Notes: a model not told the origin generated them from the sequence alone. 64,000 nt of DNA from Eledone cirrhosa (GCA_964016885.1 OZ024743.1:257796001-257860000), one strand, 5' to 3'; shown: positions 36,811 to 51,222, numbered from the stretch's first letter. Numbers and translations: made by a program.

Positions 36811-37250
36811 TTAGAGAAAATTAATTAATTCTACTGGTTAGCTAAGCCAATGGCAGTGTCAATAGTAAATGAGAAAAGTCTAACATGAACAAAAGGGAAT
36901 CAAGGTAAGACAATAAATTTAATATAACTACGATTAGAATGTTGTAGTTGCTTAAAAGTGGTGACAGTTAGGATAAACGCAGTACTTGCTAACATTAAGC
37001 GAGAATATTGCATAAAGGATTAAACAATTGTGAATGAACTCATACCTGAGAACGCCTAATTCGTTGTCTCAAAGCAATAGCTGTACCTTTTTTGGAGGTA
37101 AGTCTTGAACGTTTCCCTGTGGGCATAACGACGTGTAACGAAGCTGTTAGGTTAGAGAGAGGTGATTAAATACAGAGAGAGATGACACCAGATTCGTTAG
37201 CATGGTTACTGGTGAATGGGAAGGTTTGGAAATATGATTACAATAACTTA

Positions 37251-37504
37251 CCGAATTTTCCGGTCTATAAATTGCACTTAAAATAATTAAATTTAATCAA
37301 AAAACAGCTCTGCGCTTTATACTCCGGTGAGCCTTATGTATAAATAATACAATGGTAATCAATCACAGCTCTAACAGAAGTAATAGATCTAGACTAAAAG
37401 TAAAGAATATAGCATTTTCTGGTTGGCCTTACACGCCGTTGCGCGGACCTGATTTTAAATGATACGCCTTATATCCTGGTGAGCCTTATAGAGCGGAAAA
37501 TATC
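37251..37504. mobile_element. Tc2-like MITE relic inside the Helitron 5' region
   Basis: ta-CCGAATTTTCCGGTCTATAA ... TTATAGAGCGGAAAATA imperfect TIRs; internal gccttata..ccggtg repeats. Confidence 0.5.
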
Positions 37505-38667
37505 TATTGGAAAAGAATACGAATTCATGACCAAGGTGTGACAAAATAGGCGTCTATACAGCGCCTGAAACAAACTTGTCCAAAACCCTAGGATTTTTCT
37601 CGTTAAGTATCCACCCAAAAGGAACCGTTTTTTAGTTACAAAAAATAACCAAAGTGTATAGTAGCTATATTTCTGACATATCATGCCAAAAAGAACAATA
37701 TATTCAAAAAATGTTCTAAAGTACATTCAATCTCTCTTTTTGACCGATATCTTAATAAGCAAGTTATCGATTTTTTATTGGCTGTCAGTGTCTATCTGCA
37801 TGCAGGTGTGCACGTGTGCACAATTAATTGCAAATACGCTCATAACATTTTGTTGTAAGCAGAACAAAAAATGCCATTAGAGGTGGGCTAATAATGAAGA
37901 CACAAACCCTGGTGAACTTACGTTTAAACACCCGAAAAGTTACTCACTTCCTCTGCAAAAGACTGTAACAGTAGTATTATAAATCAAGTAATTTTTTAGA
38001 ACCTTTTGTTTAAAAACTTTGGTACGGACGTAACATTTTTTACAACTTTGTATGTGTACAATACAACTTGGTCAACGTATTATTTAGTAATTTATTTTTT
38101 CAAAAAGCATGTTTATTTAAGACTGTTTGAAAATTTCTTCACAGCTTTTAGCATCACAAAAGACACCATTAAATTTGGTTCCCTTTTCAGATAGGGATAA
38201 TACTGTATTTCCACTTGAATAAGGTGGAATATGAAAATATAAACTCTTTAATGGTCGGTCGTTTACTGAGACAGCTGGGAAGACAGGCAGCTGGCCGTCC
38301 AATCAATAACGCACGTCCTTATATGGGAATATGAAATTTATTTTTATTGCGCCAGATGTAAACTAAGAGTTCTTGTGTTCGAATTCACATAAAATTTCAT
38401 TGGAATCGAAAAACATTCTCTCATAGGGCCCGATTATCGATTTTTCGAAAATTTCAAGTAGCCTAGTCTACTCTAGGCGGTGAGTTTTATATATGTGTGA
38501 GGTTTCATGAAAATTGGATGAACGGTGTAGCATGCACGTTCGGAACACCAAACAATGCCCATCTTCATTTTATATATATATATAGAGAGAGATTATATTA
38601 TATATATATATATTTATATTATATTATATATATATATTTATATTATATTATATATATATATTTATAT

Positions 38668-38728
<61 letters not shown>

Positions 38729-38872
38729 ATAATATATATGTATATAATATTATATATATATATATTATATTATATATATATATAATATATATATTATATT
38801 ATATTATATATATATATTATATTATATATATATATAATATATATATATCTATATTATATTATATATATATAT

Positions 38873-38908
<36 letters not shown>

Positions 38909-38990
38909 CTATATATATATATATATATATATTATATTATATATATATATTATATTATATATATATATTATATTATATATATATATATAT

Positions 38991-39807
38991 TGATATTTTA
39001 TCTGAGTGTCCCGAATCTTCCAGATCGCAATTTTTCGGTCGTATGGTTTATTTTAGACATGTTCTATATGTGACGGTATTTTAACAATAGTTATAGCTCT
39101 GATTTATCTGAATTATTGAGCCCTCTGCCGCTCATCTCGAATTTTGTTTATCGTGAACTCGTGCGCCGATTTTTCGATACTCGATTATTCTACTATATTT
39201 AGCTCTAGACCTAGCTATTGACCAGTTAATTTTATTGTTCATTTTTTGTCGATTCTATTAAATGATGAATAGCTCCTGTTTATTTTAACATGTCTATTAA
39301 GCACTGTTATTCGATACGTGTATTTCCACATTTTCCCGAATATTTTTTGCGGATATAGAGGTTATCTCCCTTGCTGAATTCCATGTGCGTTTTTTCAACC
39401 TGGGTTATGCCTTATCATTCGTTCGGACAAAAGCTCGTTGAGGAAGTAAATTCCCGTCCGCTGGCTTCTAGAAGTCTTATATATTTTTATGTGAGCTGAT
39501 AGAGGGCAGTTTAAGGATTTACAGAAACCCAAGAAGCTAGATTTACCATCTTTCTAGCGAGTCCGGGTATGCTTTTTACATTCATTTGATTTATTGATTT
39601 ATTGATATTTTATCTGAGTGTCCCGAATCTTCCAGATCGCAATTTTTCGGTCGTATGGTTGATTTTAGACATGTTCTATATGTGACGGTATTTTAACGAT
39701 AGTTATAGCTCTGATTTATCTGAATTATTGAGCCCTCTGCTGCTCATTTCGAATTTTGTTTATCGTGAACTCGTGCGCCGATTTTTCGATACTCGATTAT
39801 TCTACTA
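38991..39807. mobile_element. Non-coding partial-tandem element (612 bp unit, ~205 bp terminal direct repeat)
   Basis: 38991-39195 is repeated at 39603-39807; second family member at 55201-55943; TA-flanked. Confidence 0.8.
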
Positions 39808-39824
39808 TTATATATATATATATG

Positions 39825-39911
<87 letters not shown>

Positions 39912-40594
39912 ATATATATATATATATATTATATATATATATATATATTATATTATATATATATATTATATTATATATATATATTATATTATATATATAT
40001 ATATATATTATATTATATATATATATATATATTATATTATATATATATATATTATATTATATTATATATATATATTATATTATATATATATATTATATTA
40101 TATATATATATATATTATATTATATATATATATATATATTATATTATATATATATATTATACATATATATATATTATATTATATTATATATATATATATT
40201 ATATTATACATATATATATATATTTTATATTATACATATATATATATTATATTATATATATATATTATACTATATAATATATATATATTATATTATATTA
40301 TATATATATTATATTATATTATATATATATATTATATTATATTATATATATATATTATATTATATATATATATTATATTATATTATATATATATATTATA
40401 TTATATTATATATATATATTATATTATATATATATTTATATATATATATAATATTATATATATAATATTATATATATATATAATATTATATATATATATA
40501 TAATATTATATATATATAATATTATATATATATATATAATATTAAATATATATATATAATATTATATATATATATATATAATATTATATATATA

Positions 40595-40656
<62 letters not shown>

Positions 40657-40729
40657 TATATATGTATATTACATTATATATATATATATATTATATATAA
40701 GAACAAAAGATGGTTAAAAGTGTTCCATG

Positions 40730-40800
40730 TATTTTATTATGCGCATTTCAAAAACAAATATCATCATGCAATAATATTTGTGTTTTCATCAGATAAAACA
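40730..40800 (-). ncRNA. Type I hammerhead in the 3' pseudo-LTR of the Hydra-type PLE
   Basis: ttttat-CTGATGA-aaacacaaatattatt/gatgatatttgttttt-GAAA-TGCGCA-TA-ataaaa. Confidence 0.8.
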
Positions 40801-41689
40801 GGAAGACATGATATGAAGGTTAAAAAACACTTGTGGATAGTGCAGTTTTAAATCAACATATGAGAAGTAGTTTTAGATTGATGTGTGATATTGGGGAAAT
40901 TATGTTATTTTGAGAGGGGGGGGGTAGAAAGGATGAAAAAGAGGAGGAGATGAGAGTAAAAAGTGGAGAGGGAGGAGTATAATGAGGAAGGATGAGATAG
41001 GAGGAGAGATGGGTGATATAGAGAGAGATAGCTTTTATAACTCTGAAAGATATATTGTTATACATAGAGAGGTTGAAAACCGTTGGAAGATAATGTATAA
41101 ATTAAAAGAATTTGAAAAATAACGAAGAGAAAAATAATGTAAAGTTATGGTTTGTATATTGAGGGGTGTAATAATATGTGCGATGAAAAGGAAATGTTAA
41201 TATGTATTAAGAATAATATTTAAAGGTTTAATAATATGTGCGATGGAAAGAAAATGTTGATATGTATTATTAAAAGGAACAACGGGTTATTTAAGTAAGG
41301 ATATATTGTGAGATGAGCATGAATGAGTTAGATGAAAGGGAGAAAAGAATAATGAATTGAGGATGAATAATCTAACGTAAAAAAAAATGTATATGTTTAC
41401 GAATGATTTTTACAAGGTGATATAGAGTAAGAATGTATTGTATTATGTAATAATTGATTCTATGTTAGGCAACAGTGAGAAAAGGTACAGATTAGAGGTT
41501 AGACATTAAAAGAAAAAGAGAAGAAAGGGAAGTGATAAATAGGAGCGATGTAGAATGAGTAACAAGTATTATAGAATGTATAATAACCTTTGAAATAAGG
41601 TAGAAAGATGGGTATATTTTTAAAAGAAGTGTATATATATATATATGTGCCTTTGAGAAAAATATTCTAAATTGATAAAGAATTGGATA

Positions 41690-44088
41690 TTAGCTGTATA
41701 CTTTGTGGAATGTTTTATGGAATTTATGCAAGCAGATAGAAAACAAGTCAGTGCGTCTATTTATTATAGAATCTAAATTAGATATAATTGTAAATTTTTC
41801 ATTTAGACAGAGATTGCAAATTTTGGATAGAGAACTGTTCAAGCATGGAGACGCAGAAGAAACCTTCTTCCAAAAGATGCTATATTTAATGTTTTTGTCT
41901 TTCAAGGACCATATGAGTTCTGAGAGAGCCGTGTTGGTTCTTTTAAGTTTGTATTTAAAAGACGAATGATGGTTATAAAGACGAGCTTTAAAAGAGGTGG
42001 AAGTGGAGCCAAAATAGGTGAAGGAATTGGTGTCAGTTATAACTTTACATTCGTAAATTAAGTTTTTATCAAGACAATGGTTGTTGAGAGGACATTTATT
42101 TTTAATAGGGCAATTGCAATTGCGATTAGATAGATTATTAACGAGTGACCTAGTGTTATCTATAGAGGGAATTGGATTGGAGAAGTTATTTGCGATAGGA
42201 ATAATAGTTTCTTGATTTAGAATGGGATTAAGAACATTTAGCGAAGTTGTGTTTGACGTTGTATTTGGGTTTGCAGAAATTAGCCTAGGGTTTACAATGA
42301 CGTCGGGAGTACTATTACTATTATTATGATATTCAGTGTTGGAAGGAAGAGATTTAGTATTTAGTATTTTATTGTTGTGTTTAGAGATAATGTTGGAAAT
42401 GTTGGAGGATGTAGAATAGAAAATTTTATAGTGTGTTTGTTAAATATTTTACTATAGATATGTGAGGGAGGGAAGCATTTATTTAAGGCACTAAAGAATA
42501 ATTTAGGAATATTGTTATTAATAGAGATGGAGAAAGGAGCATTATACCAGATTATGTTTTTGTATCTAGGTCTTTTATTAAAGTTATTGGAATGATCATG
42601 ATTAATTATTCTACTGTAAGTTCTTCTAGAATTTGTTTCTTTACTATATTTGATTTTATCAGGATAGCCGGCTTTAGAAAGCGCGTTATTATAGTAATTG
42701 GCGTTAGCATCAAAGATGTTTTTATTAGAAGATAGGTTAGATATTCTTTTTCCAATATTACTAAGTATAGCATTCTTGATATTAGTAGGATGGTTAGATT
42801 TAAAGTTAACATAATTTAGGTTCTCATTGTTTTTATGGTAAGGGTAATATAGGCCAGTGTCAAGATTAAGAGATACATCCAAGAAATTAGCTAGTTTGAT
42901 GCTGTTATCAAATTCAATTTTTAGGTTATGTTGGTTAAAGAGATTACGTATATTGTTCTTAATAATATTAAGGTTAACTATGTTGCAATTTAAGATAGTA
43001 AAGAGTCCATCGTCACGATAAATTCCACCGCGAAGTTGAGGAATTTTCCGACTCAAAGAGTTCAAAATAAAGATACCAATTAAATCTGTCAATTGGGATG
43101 AATCGGATGCTCCCATTGTGATGTCGAAGTTGTTAGAGGTATCGGCTCTTGTCCAATATTCGTTGTTGAACTCTAGGATGGTTTTACGTGCGGTGAGAAT
43201 GATGTGAAGTTCATCTGTGGTGATGTCAGAATATTTAAGTGCGAAGGATAGAGCATTATTGAGAAGTGAAGGCGAAATAGAAGAATAGTAGCTGGCAATA
43301 TCAAATTGAACAAATTTTAGTTTGTTTTTATTATTCAATTTGTTGAACCAGCCAATCACTTCAGAAGTACCAAACCATAAATTTAGGTTCAAAGAAGAGC
43401 AATTAGAACGAACCTGTGGGATAATTCTATCCAAGATGGCTTTACTAACAACCCCCAGATCTGATTTAGAGGGGGCGATTAATCTAACAGGTAGTTCAGT
43501 GCGAAAATTGTTTTTGTGATCCTTGAGATTTATCCTCGGAGTTCTTGTGAGGAATGGTTCGGTCTTTTTTTCAATGCCAAGTTTTGACATAATCTCAGAG
43601 GCTTCAAAGTTTATGTATTCTAAATTTTCATGGTTGGTTTTACGATATTTTTTCCTAAGTTCCTTTAGGATAAGGTTGTTATAATTATCCTTGGAAATAC
43701 CATATAAGTTATTGGTTTTGTCAGAGTGGACTAAAACATTTTTTGAGGAATTTAGGTTTGAAATTGTGTTCTTGAGATTTACAAGGTGCTCTTGTCCTTT
43801 GTAAGGGTATCTCTTGAATTTAAGATTTTTTATAATTTTAGTTAACTCTTCCTCGAATTGCACTAGATTTTTGTTGGAAGGAGGATTTCTTCTAGAATAA
43901 AATAGATGATCGAGGAAGTTATGTTCTTTGGTATAGAAGTTCCCTTTTAGGCACTGGTCATAGAAATAGGCTATCCATCTAAGTCTTCTTACGAAGGAGT
44001 CAGTTTTTTCAATTAGAAGTTTGGTGAATTCAGATTTACCAGGTATAGGAATGTCTTTAGTTGAATTGGTTATGTTGTAATAATCCAT
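41690..44088 (-). CDS. Hydra-type PLE RT plus GIY-YIG polyprotein (~800 aa) with one apparent frameshift near 42420
   Basis: ORF 42361-44133 continues in a shifted frame that reads open by manual translation from ~42420 to 41690. Confidence 0.8.
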
Positions 44089-44171
44089 GTTGTAGAAGAA
44101 GAAAGAAGTAAAAGACCATAAAAAGGTATCCAATATGAGAGTAAGCGCTCAACCGTTAAGGAGCAAGTTAA

Positions 44172-44295
44172 TGTAGGAGGTGAGTTTTATTGTAGTACAA
44201 TAAAGCAATGCAGATATCGGATTGCAGATATCGAGTGCTTCTTATCCGATATCTGCATTGCTTTATTGTACTACAATAAAACTCACCTCCTACAT
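44172..44295. repeat. ~50 bp-arm hairpin at the 5' end of the Hydra-type PLE
   Basis: atgtaggaggtgag...gatatcgga is the reverse complement of tccgatatc...ctcacctcctacat. Confidence 0.9.
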
Positions 44296-44361
44296 ATATA
44301 TATTATATATATATATATATTATATTATATAAATATATATATATATTATATTATATATATA

Positions 44362-44399
<38 letters not shown>

Positions 44400-44474
44400 T
44401 ATATATATATATATATTATATTATATATATATATTATATTATATATATATATATATTATATTATATATATATAT

Positions 44475-44559
<85 letters not shown>

Positions 44560-45238
44560 TAGCAACAAGTAACACCCCGACGGCTGAGCTCAAGCCGTTT
44601 AGACGGCTAATTCTGGACTAAATGAAAATTTATCCTGGTATTAAATAGCCGAGCTTCTCAAGGGGTAATTCCATATGTGGGCACTTATAAATCATCAGTG
44701 GATGCATGTCAAACATCGATATAAAAAAAAGCACTCTTACCAATGTCCAATCCAATGTTAGCGATGGTCTCTCTCCGTATCAGAATGACCGCCAAATTTG
44801 AAATTCCAGCAGTCTCAGAATGATAAATCTCACACTGTCATCAAGCAGAAAGGGGAGGTCATCGCGAAACATAAGAAAGTAAAATAATAATATACACGCG
44901 GGTCAATTAATTTTTTCAACAATTTTAACCTTGCGTGTGAAGAACTCAATTAGATTTTTTTTTAAATAAATATATGCATGTATTATTTATACACGCATAT
45001 AGGTATTTTCTTAGGCTAAAAACCGAGATATGATACCAGAATAACAATCAATATTTCATAGTAATAATAAATACGGAAAGTTACGCTTAAAAGGTATCTG
45101 GAAATATTCATCTCAGGCCAAAACAAAAGTATAATATTTAATACACTAACAGAGAAAGCCTTAAGCTATACTCTGACTGGCTTCCATCTCACTCAACAAA
45201 CATTAGGATATACCTTAGTATAATCCCAATTTTACAAT
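44560..45238 (-). mobile_element. TA-flanked non-coding insert, left end similar to the 6882 element
   Basis: ccccgacggctgagctc matches cccaacggctgagctc at 6900. Confidence 0.4.
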
Positions 45239-45371
45239 ATATATATTATATTATATATATATATATATTATATATATATATATTATATATATATATATTA
45301 TATTATATATATATATATATATTATATATATGTATATTATATATATATATATTATATTATATATATATACT

Positions 45372-46176
45372 ATGACGATAGATATAATGACAACCCCTTA
45401 GAGAAACTATTTTTCAACCCAGCTGACAAAACATATAAGATGGGTAATATCTATCCTACGAGGTTACCCTTTAATAAAAGAGTTTGCACATACCACAACA
45501 AATAGATGACGAGCCAGAGGCACAGTTCACCATAGCTAGAAATAAGATTAGACAAATAGTAGACAGGTATACTAAGAGACAGAGCAGACCAGAGGCCCAA
45601 CAACTTGGGATGAAACCTGTAGAAGGATTGGTTAGCCTCAAGCAGCGCACAAGGAATGGTGAGGTAGTATGTCTACCCACGGATAAGTCTAGTAGGAAGT
45701 CAAAGGATAGCATGCCAAACTACATCAAGGCTATGCAACCCAACATCACCAACACGAGCGAAATTGCACAGCAAACATATGATGGGAGAGAGAAAATCCT
45801 CAACGCTCATATGATGATGTGCACCGACATCCTAAAGCCAAGCAGGTGCACTGCCAACAATTTCCAGGCGTCTAACAATGGCATACCACCCTTGTATGGG
45901 CTCCGCAAAGACCACAAGACAGTCGACGACCCGACAACAGGACCACCAACAAGACGTGTATGCGGAGCTAATATATATAGCAACTACAGGATCTCCTACT
46001 TCCTCTCAATGGTTATACGCCCCATAATCAAGATGTCCCCAGATGTATGTGACAGTACAGAGGACCTCCTAAGCAGAATCAGTGAGTGCAACAAAAACAG
46101 GAACCTATCCAACTGCATAATAGGCAGCATGGATGTGGTATCACTGTACACATCGATTAACATTGATTTTGCTGTG
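45372..46176 (+). pseudogene. PLE fragment of a third A-like subfamily (pre-RT to motif A)
   Basis: CLPTDKS, LYGLRKDHK, TRRVCGAN, GSMDVVSLY in ORF 45484-46215. Confidence 0.88.
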
Positions 46177-46267
46177 CCAAACCTCGGTTTCGAAGAAACA
46201 ATTGTAAGCGAATAAGTGGTTTAAACAGAACTTTGATTCATGTAATTTCTATATATATATATATATA

Positions 46268-46392
46268 TATTGTTATACTTTGGGAGGGTCATGTTGCCAA
46301 TTATTGGCAACATGACCCTCCCAAAGTATAACATTATCGGTTTCAACACACGATTTCAGATAAAGAATCTTGCTAAACAAATTCAGAAACGT
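46268..46392. mobile_element. Fold-back fragment of the PLE-A pseudo-LTR end
   Basis: ttgttatactttgggagggtcatgttgccaat followed by its reverse complement. Confidence 0.8.
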
Positions 46393-46901
46393 TCTTCCAC
46401 GCTAGCATGGGTTAGACGGGTTGTCCTGTTGTGGGCAGTGTCTGGTCGGCTGACCATGTCTTGCTCATACAGGAACTGATTTGGCTTCATTTCTACAGCT
46501 GGATACCCTTCCTAACACCAACCTCATTTACAGTGAGTGCTGGGTGCTTTTTAGTGTTGCCTACACGTCCACTTTATAGTGTGGGCTGGGTGCTTTTTTG
46601 CCGTGGCACCTCCACGACAACCTTACGGTGGGGTGTGTGGGGGCATATTGTCTATATGCTTCAGCTTGTACCCATGGGAGGTCGGGTACTCTGTATTACT
46701 GCGTGATGGCAGAGGTCACGGTCGTGTGTCATTGCCTTTGAGTGGTGTAATTGGATAAGGTCGGCTTTTATCACCTCATCCCGGGTCATCTTGGGTCTCC
46801 CCACTCCGCGGTTTCCATCGCCTTCTAGTGCTCTGCACCTTTTTATGCAGCTGTCATCCTTCATACGCATCACATGTCCATACCAGCGCAACCACCTCTC
46901 C
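46390..46901 (-). mobile_element. RTE-A 3' fragment lacking its (CAT)n tail
   Basis: Highly similar to 9530-10043. Confidence 0.9.
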
Positions 46902-46984
46902 TATATATATATATATTATATATATATATATATATATATTATATTATATAAATATATTATATATATATATATAAATTATATATT

Positions 46985-47023
<39 letters not shown>

Positions 47024-47476
47024 CTATAATATATATCTATATTATATTATATATATATATATAATATTATATTATATATATATATATAATATTATATATA
47101 TATATATATAATATTATATTATATATATATATATATGATATATTATATATATATATATAATATTATATATATATATATATAATATTATATTATATATATA
47201 TATATAATATTATATTATATATATAATATTATATTATATATATATAATATAATATTATATATATATATAAAATTATATTATTTATATATATATATAGTAT
47301 TATATGATATATATATATAATATATTATATAAATATATAATATTATATTATATATATATATATATAATATTATATTATTTATATATATATAATATTATAT
47401 TATATTTATATATATATAATATAATATATATATATATAATATTATATTATATATATATATATAATATTATACTATA

Positions 47477-47611
47477 TCATCATCATCATCATCATCATTT
47501 TACGTCCGCTTTTCCCTGCTTGCAAGGGTGGGACGGGTCTTATTCAGCACAGCATCTCTCCACTCATCACGGTCCCTCGTCATCTCCACCGTGAACTTCA
47601 ATGATCTGAGG
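47477..47611 (-). mobile_element. 3' end of a third RTE subfamily (C)
   Basis: Minus-strand translation LRSLKFTVEMTRDRDEWRDAVLNKTRPTLASREKRT* followed by (gat)n. Confidence 0.75.
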
Positions 47612-47666
47612 TATATATATATATATAATATTATATTATATATGTATATATATATATATAATATTG

Positions 47667-47739
<73 letters not shown>

Positions 47740-47743
<4 letters not shown>

Positions 47744-50700
47744 TAACATAACCCCTTCCCCCCGCGCCCCACCGCACCCACCCTCCAAACACAATCCAAA
47801 GCTTCAGAGTTGGTACCATGAATGTAGGCACCTTAAAGGGTCGCTCTAACGAGGTTGTAGAAATGCTTGAGCGGAAGGAGGTCGATGTTTGTTGTATTCA
47901 AGAGACCAAGTGGAGGGGAGGGTCTGCTAGATTCGACGTGGGTAAAGAACGATGTTGTAAGCTCTTCTGGGTGGGAAATGACAATGGGCTGGGTGGGGTA
48001 GGAATCATGGTAGCAGAAAAGTGGGCAGATAAGATAATAGACGTAAATAGAGTGAACGACAGAATAATTAAAATAAGACTTGTCCTCAATAGAACTACGG
48101 TGACAGTGATATCTGCATACGCACCCCAATCCGGACTGCCCGGCGCTATAAAAGACAGATTCTATGAGACACTGATGCTCGCTACCTCCCAAATAACCGA
48201 CATTGACTATATAATTATTGCAGGCGACCTAAAGGGTCACGTTGGACAACATTGTGACGGCTATGACGGAATCCATGGAGGCTATGGGTTCGGTACTAGA
48301 AATGTGGAAGGCTCCAGAATCCTGGAATTCTGTGACGCAAATAACCTAACTATCTGTAACACTAACTTCAAAAAACGAGACAATCACTTGATCACCTATA
48401 GATCGGGGGAACACACAAGCCAGGTAGATTATATCCTTACCAGAAGACGTGACAGAGTGTCTGTTGTTAACACTAAATCCCTCCCCCATGAAGAATGCAC
48501 CTCCCAACATAGACTGATAATTAGCGACCTCATAGTCAGGACGAGACGTACTAGACAGCAGAAGAGGACAATCCTCAGGAGAAAAATATGGAAGCTAAAG
48601 GACCCCATAGCCAGAAATAAATTTCAAAGCATATTACTTGATGCTTTCGACAGTAAGGAAGAGCAATTAGAGACGTATAATATAGAGGAACAGTGGGAAT
48701 TCCTGAAAGCAAACCTGCTGACGGCAGCAGACGAAGTCTGTGGCTGGAGCAGGCCTGTAGGTAGGAGGAGAGTAACATGGTGGTGGAACAGTAAGGTGGA
48801 GGAGTCAAGTAAGTCCAAAAAGCAGGCTTGGAAAGTATGGCGGGATGGAGGAAGTAGAGAAGACTATCAAGTAGCCAGGAGGGAAGCTAGGAGACAAGGG
48901 TTCTTCGCAAGAAGGGAAGCAGAGGAAAGAAAGTTCAAGCATGTTCTACAACGTGAGGACCAAAAACGTGAGGTGTTCAGGATTGCTAGGCAATGTGTCA
49001 AGGAAAATCGTGATATTGTCGGGGAGAAGTGTGTACTTAATGACGATGGCATACTTGCCATCACCGACGCTGATAAGAAGGTAGCTTGGAAGTGTCACTA
49101 CGAAAGGCTTCTAAATGAGGAGAACAAATGGGAGAAAGACAGTCTCCCCCACATCGACCCAATAGAGGGACCAGCAGTGTTAGTCGAAGGTAGTATAATA
49201 AGTAAGGCAAACAAAGATATGAAGACGGGTAAGGCGGCTGGGCCTTCGGAAATAGTTGCTGAGATGCTGAAAGCCTCTGGAACGGTGGGACACACCATGG
49301 TCACCCGGATAGTAAACCAAGTCATACAGAATGGGGTTGTTCCGAAGGACTGGCATAGCAGCATCATCATTAACTGTTACAAGGGTAAAGGAGATGCCCT
49401 AGATAGGTGTAACTATAGAGGCATTAAATTAATTGACCAGGTCATGAAGGTCACGGAAAAAGTAATAGCGCAACTAATCAGAGAGAGGATTGATCTAGAT
49501 GAAATGCAGTTCGGGTTTGTGTCAGGCAAAAGTACCACAGACGCTCTTTTCATTGTACGACAACTACAGGAGAAGTACCTAGCTAAAAGTAAACCCCTAT
49601 ACTTAGCTTTTGTTGACTTGGAGAAAGCCTTCGACAGAGTACCCCGTTCCATTATCTGGTAGTCTCTTAGAAAACTAGGTGTTGACGAATGGCTTGTGAG
49701 AGCTATACAAGCCATGTATAAAGAAACAGTCAGCAAGGTTAGAATTAACAACGAATATAGTGAAGAGTTTAGCGTAAAAGTTGGTGTCCATCAGGGCGCT
49801 GTTCTTAGCCCCATACTATTTATTATTGCCCTTCAGGCTATAACAGTGGAGTTCAAGACCGGCTGCCCATGGGAACTCCTATACGCAGATGATCTAACGC
49901 TCATAGCTGAATCAATGACCGAGCTAGAGAAGAAGTTCCAAACATGGAAGCACGGCCTAGAATCAAAAGGCCTTAAAATTAACCTCGCTAAGACTAAAGT
50001 TCTAGTTTGTAGGAAAGAAAATAAGGTGGCGGTCCCTTCCGGGAAATGGCCATGCTCAGCGTGTATGAAAGGCGTAGGTAGAAACTCCATTTTATGTCCC
50101 AAATGCAAAGTATGGGTGCATAAAAGATGTAGTGTGATCACAGGTGAGCTAACTAAGAACATCGATTTTACATGTGGCCGGTGCTCTGGTGCAATAAGTA
50201 GCAGCAAGTGCCCACAAAATACTAGCTCTTTCAATTGTGCAGAGGGTTCTATAGAAATAGTGGACAGCTTCCGTTACCTGGGTGACAAAATCAGCAGTGG
50301 GGGAGGGTGCTCTGAAAGTACAGTAGCTAGAGTCAGAACTGGATGGAAAAAGTTCAGAGAGCTTATACCACTATTGGCCACTAAAGGGTTCTCTCTAAAA
50401 ATGGAAGGCAGGCTGTATGATGCCTGCATACGAACAGCAGTGCTGCATGGCAGTGAGACCTGGGCATTGTGTGCAGAGGATATACGCAGACTAGAGAGGA
50501 ACGAAGCTTGCACGCTCCGCTGGATGTGTAATAGTAATATACGTGAACGGCTAAGCATAAACGAACTAAGGAAAAAATTAGAAATAAGAGGGATCAGATG
50601 TTGTTTACTCGAGAGTAGGCTACGTTGGTATGGTCACGTGATGCGCCTGAAAGACGACAGCTGTATAACAAAGTGCAGGGCAATAAAGATAGACGGTAGC

Positions 50701-50952
50701 CACGGAGTAGGCAGACCCAGAAAAACGTGGGACGACATGATAAATTCCGACCTCACACGCTTACACCTCTCCAAGACAATGTCACTGGACTGAGACCTTT
50801 GGCGGTACTCAGTAATAGAGAAGACCCGCCTTACCTAAATACAAAGTTAAACCTACTACAGTCAGTAGGCATCTCTAACAAACCCCTGTCCAAACCCATG
50901 CAAGCTTGGAACACGGACGTTAAACGTTGATGATCATGATGATCATGATGAT
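47740..50952 (+). mobile_element. RTE-B LINE with an almost complete APE-RT ORF (47818-50793), in-frame stop at 49660-49662
   Basis: NVGTL..IQETKW..SAYAPQ..VDYIL..SQHRL; RT motifs; (gat)n tail. Confidence 0.95.
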
Positions 50953-51044
50953 ATATATACATATATATATATATATATTATATTATATATATATATATAT
51001 TATATTATATTAATATATATATTATATTATATATATATATATAT

Positions 51045-51103
<59 letters not shown>

Positions 51104-51222
51104 TATATTATATTATATTATATTATATTATATTATATTATATTATATTATATTATATTATATTATATTATATATATAATATATATATATTATATATATA
51201 TATATATATTATATATATATAT

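Larger units (their letters stand above)
31860..38592 (-). mobile_element. Helitron with Rep and a truncated helicase
   Basis: 3' CTAG at 31860-31863 with a nearby GC-rich imperfect hairpin (cccggcgttgc); 5' TC at ~38592; inserted at A|T in a TA tract; RepHel ORFs inside. Confidence 0.9.
40699..44295 (-). mobile_element. Hydra-type PLE, near intact
   Basis: RT (LKDHK, VRLI, FDIASYYSSI, TMGA, YRDDGL, FLD), linker CNC..CPL..C, GIY-YIG (LIY..YFG..FKAR..NH), CNLC..CLH tail; 3' hammerhead; 5' hairpin. Confidence 0.9.
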
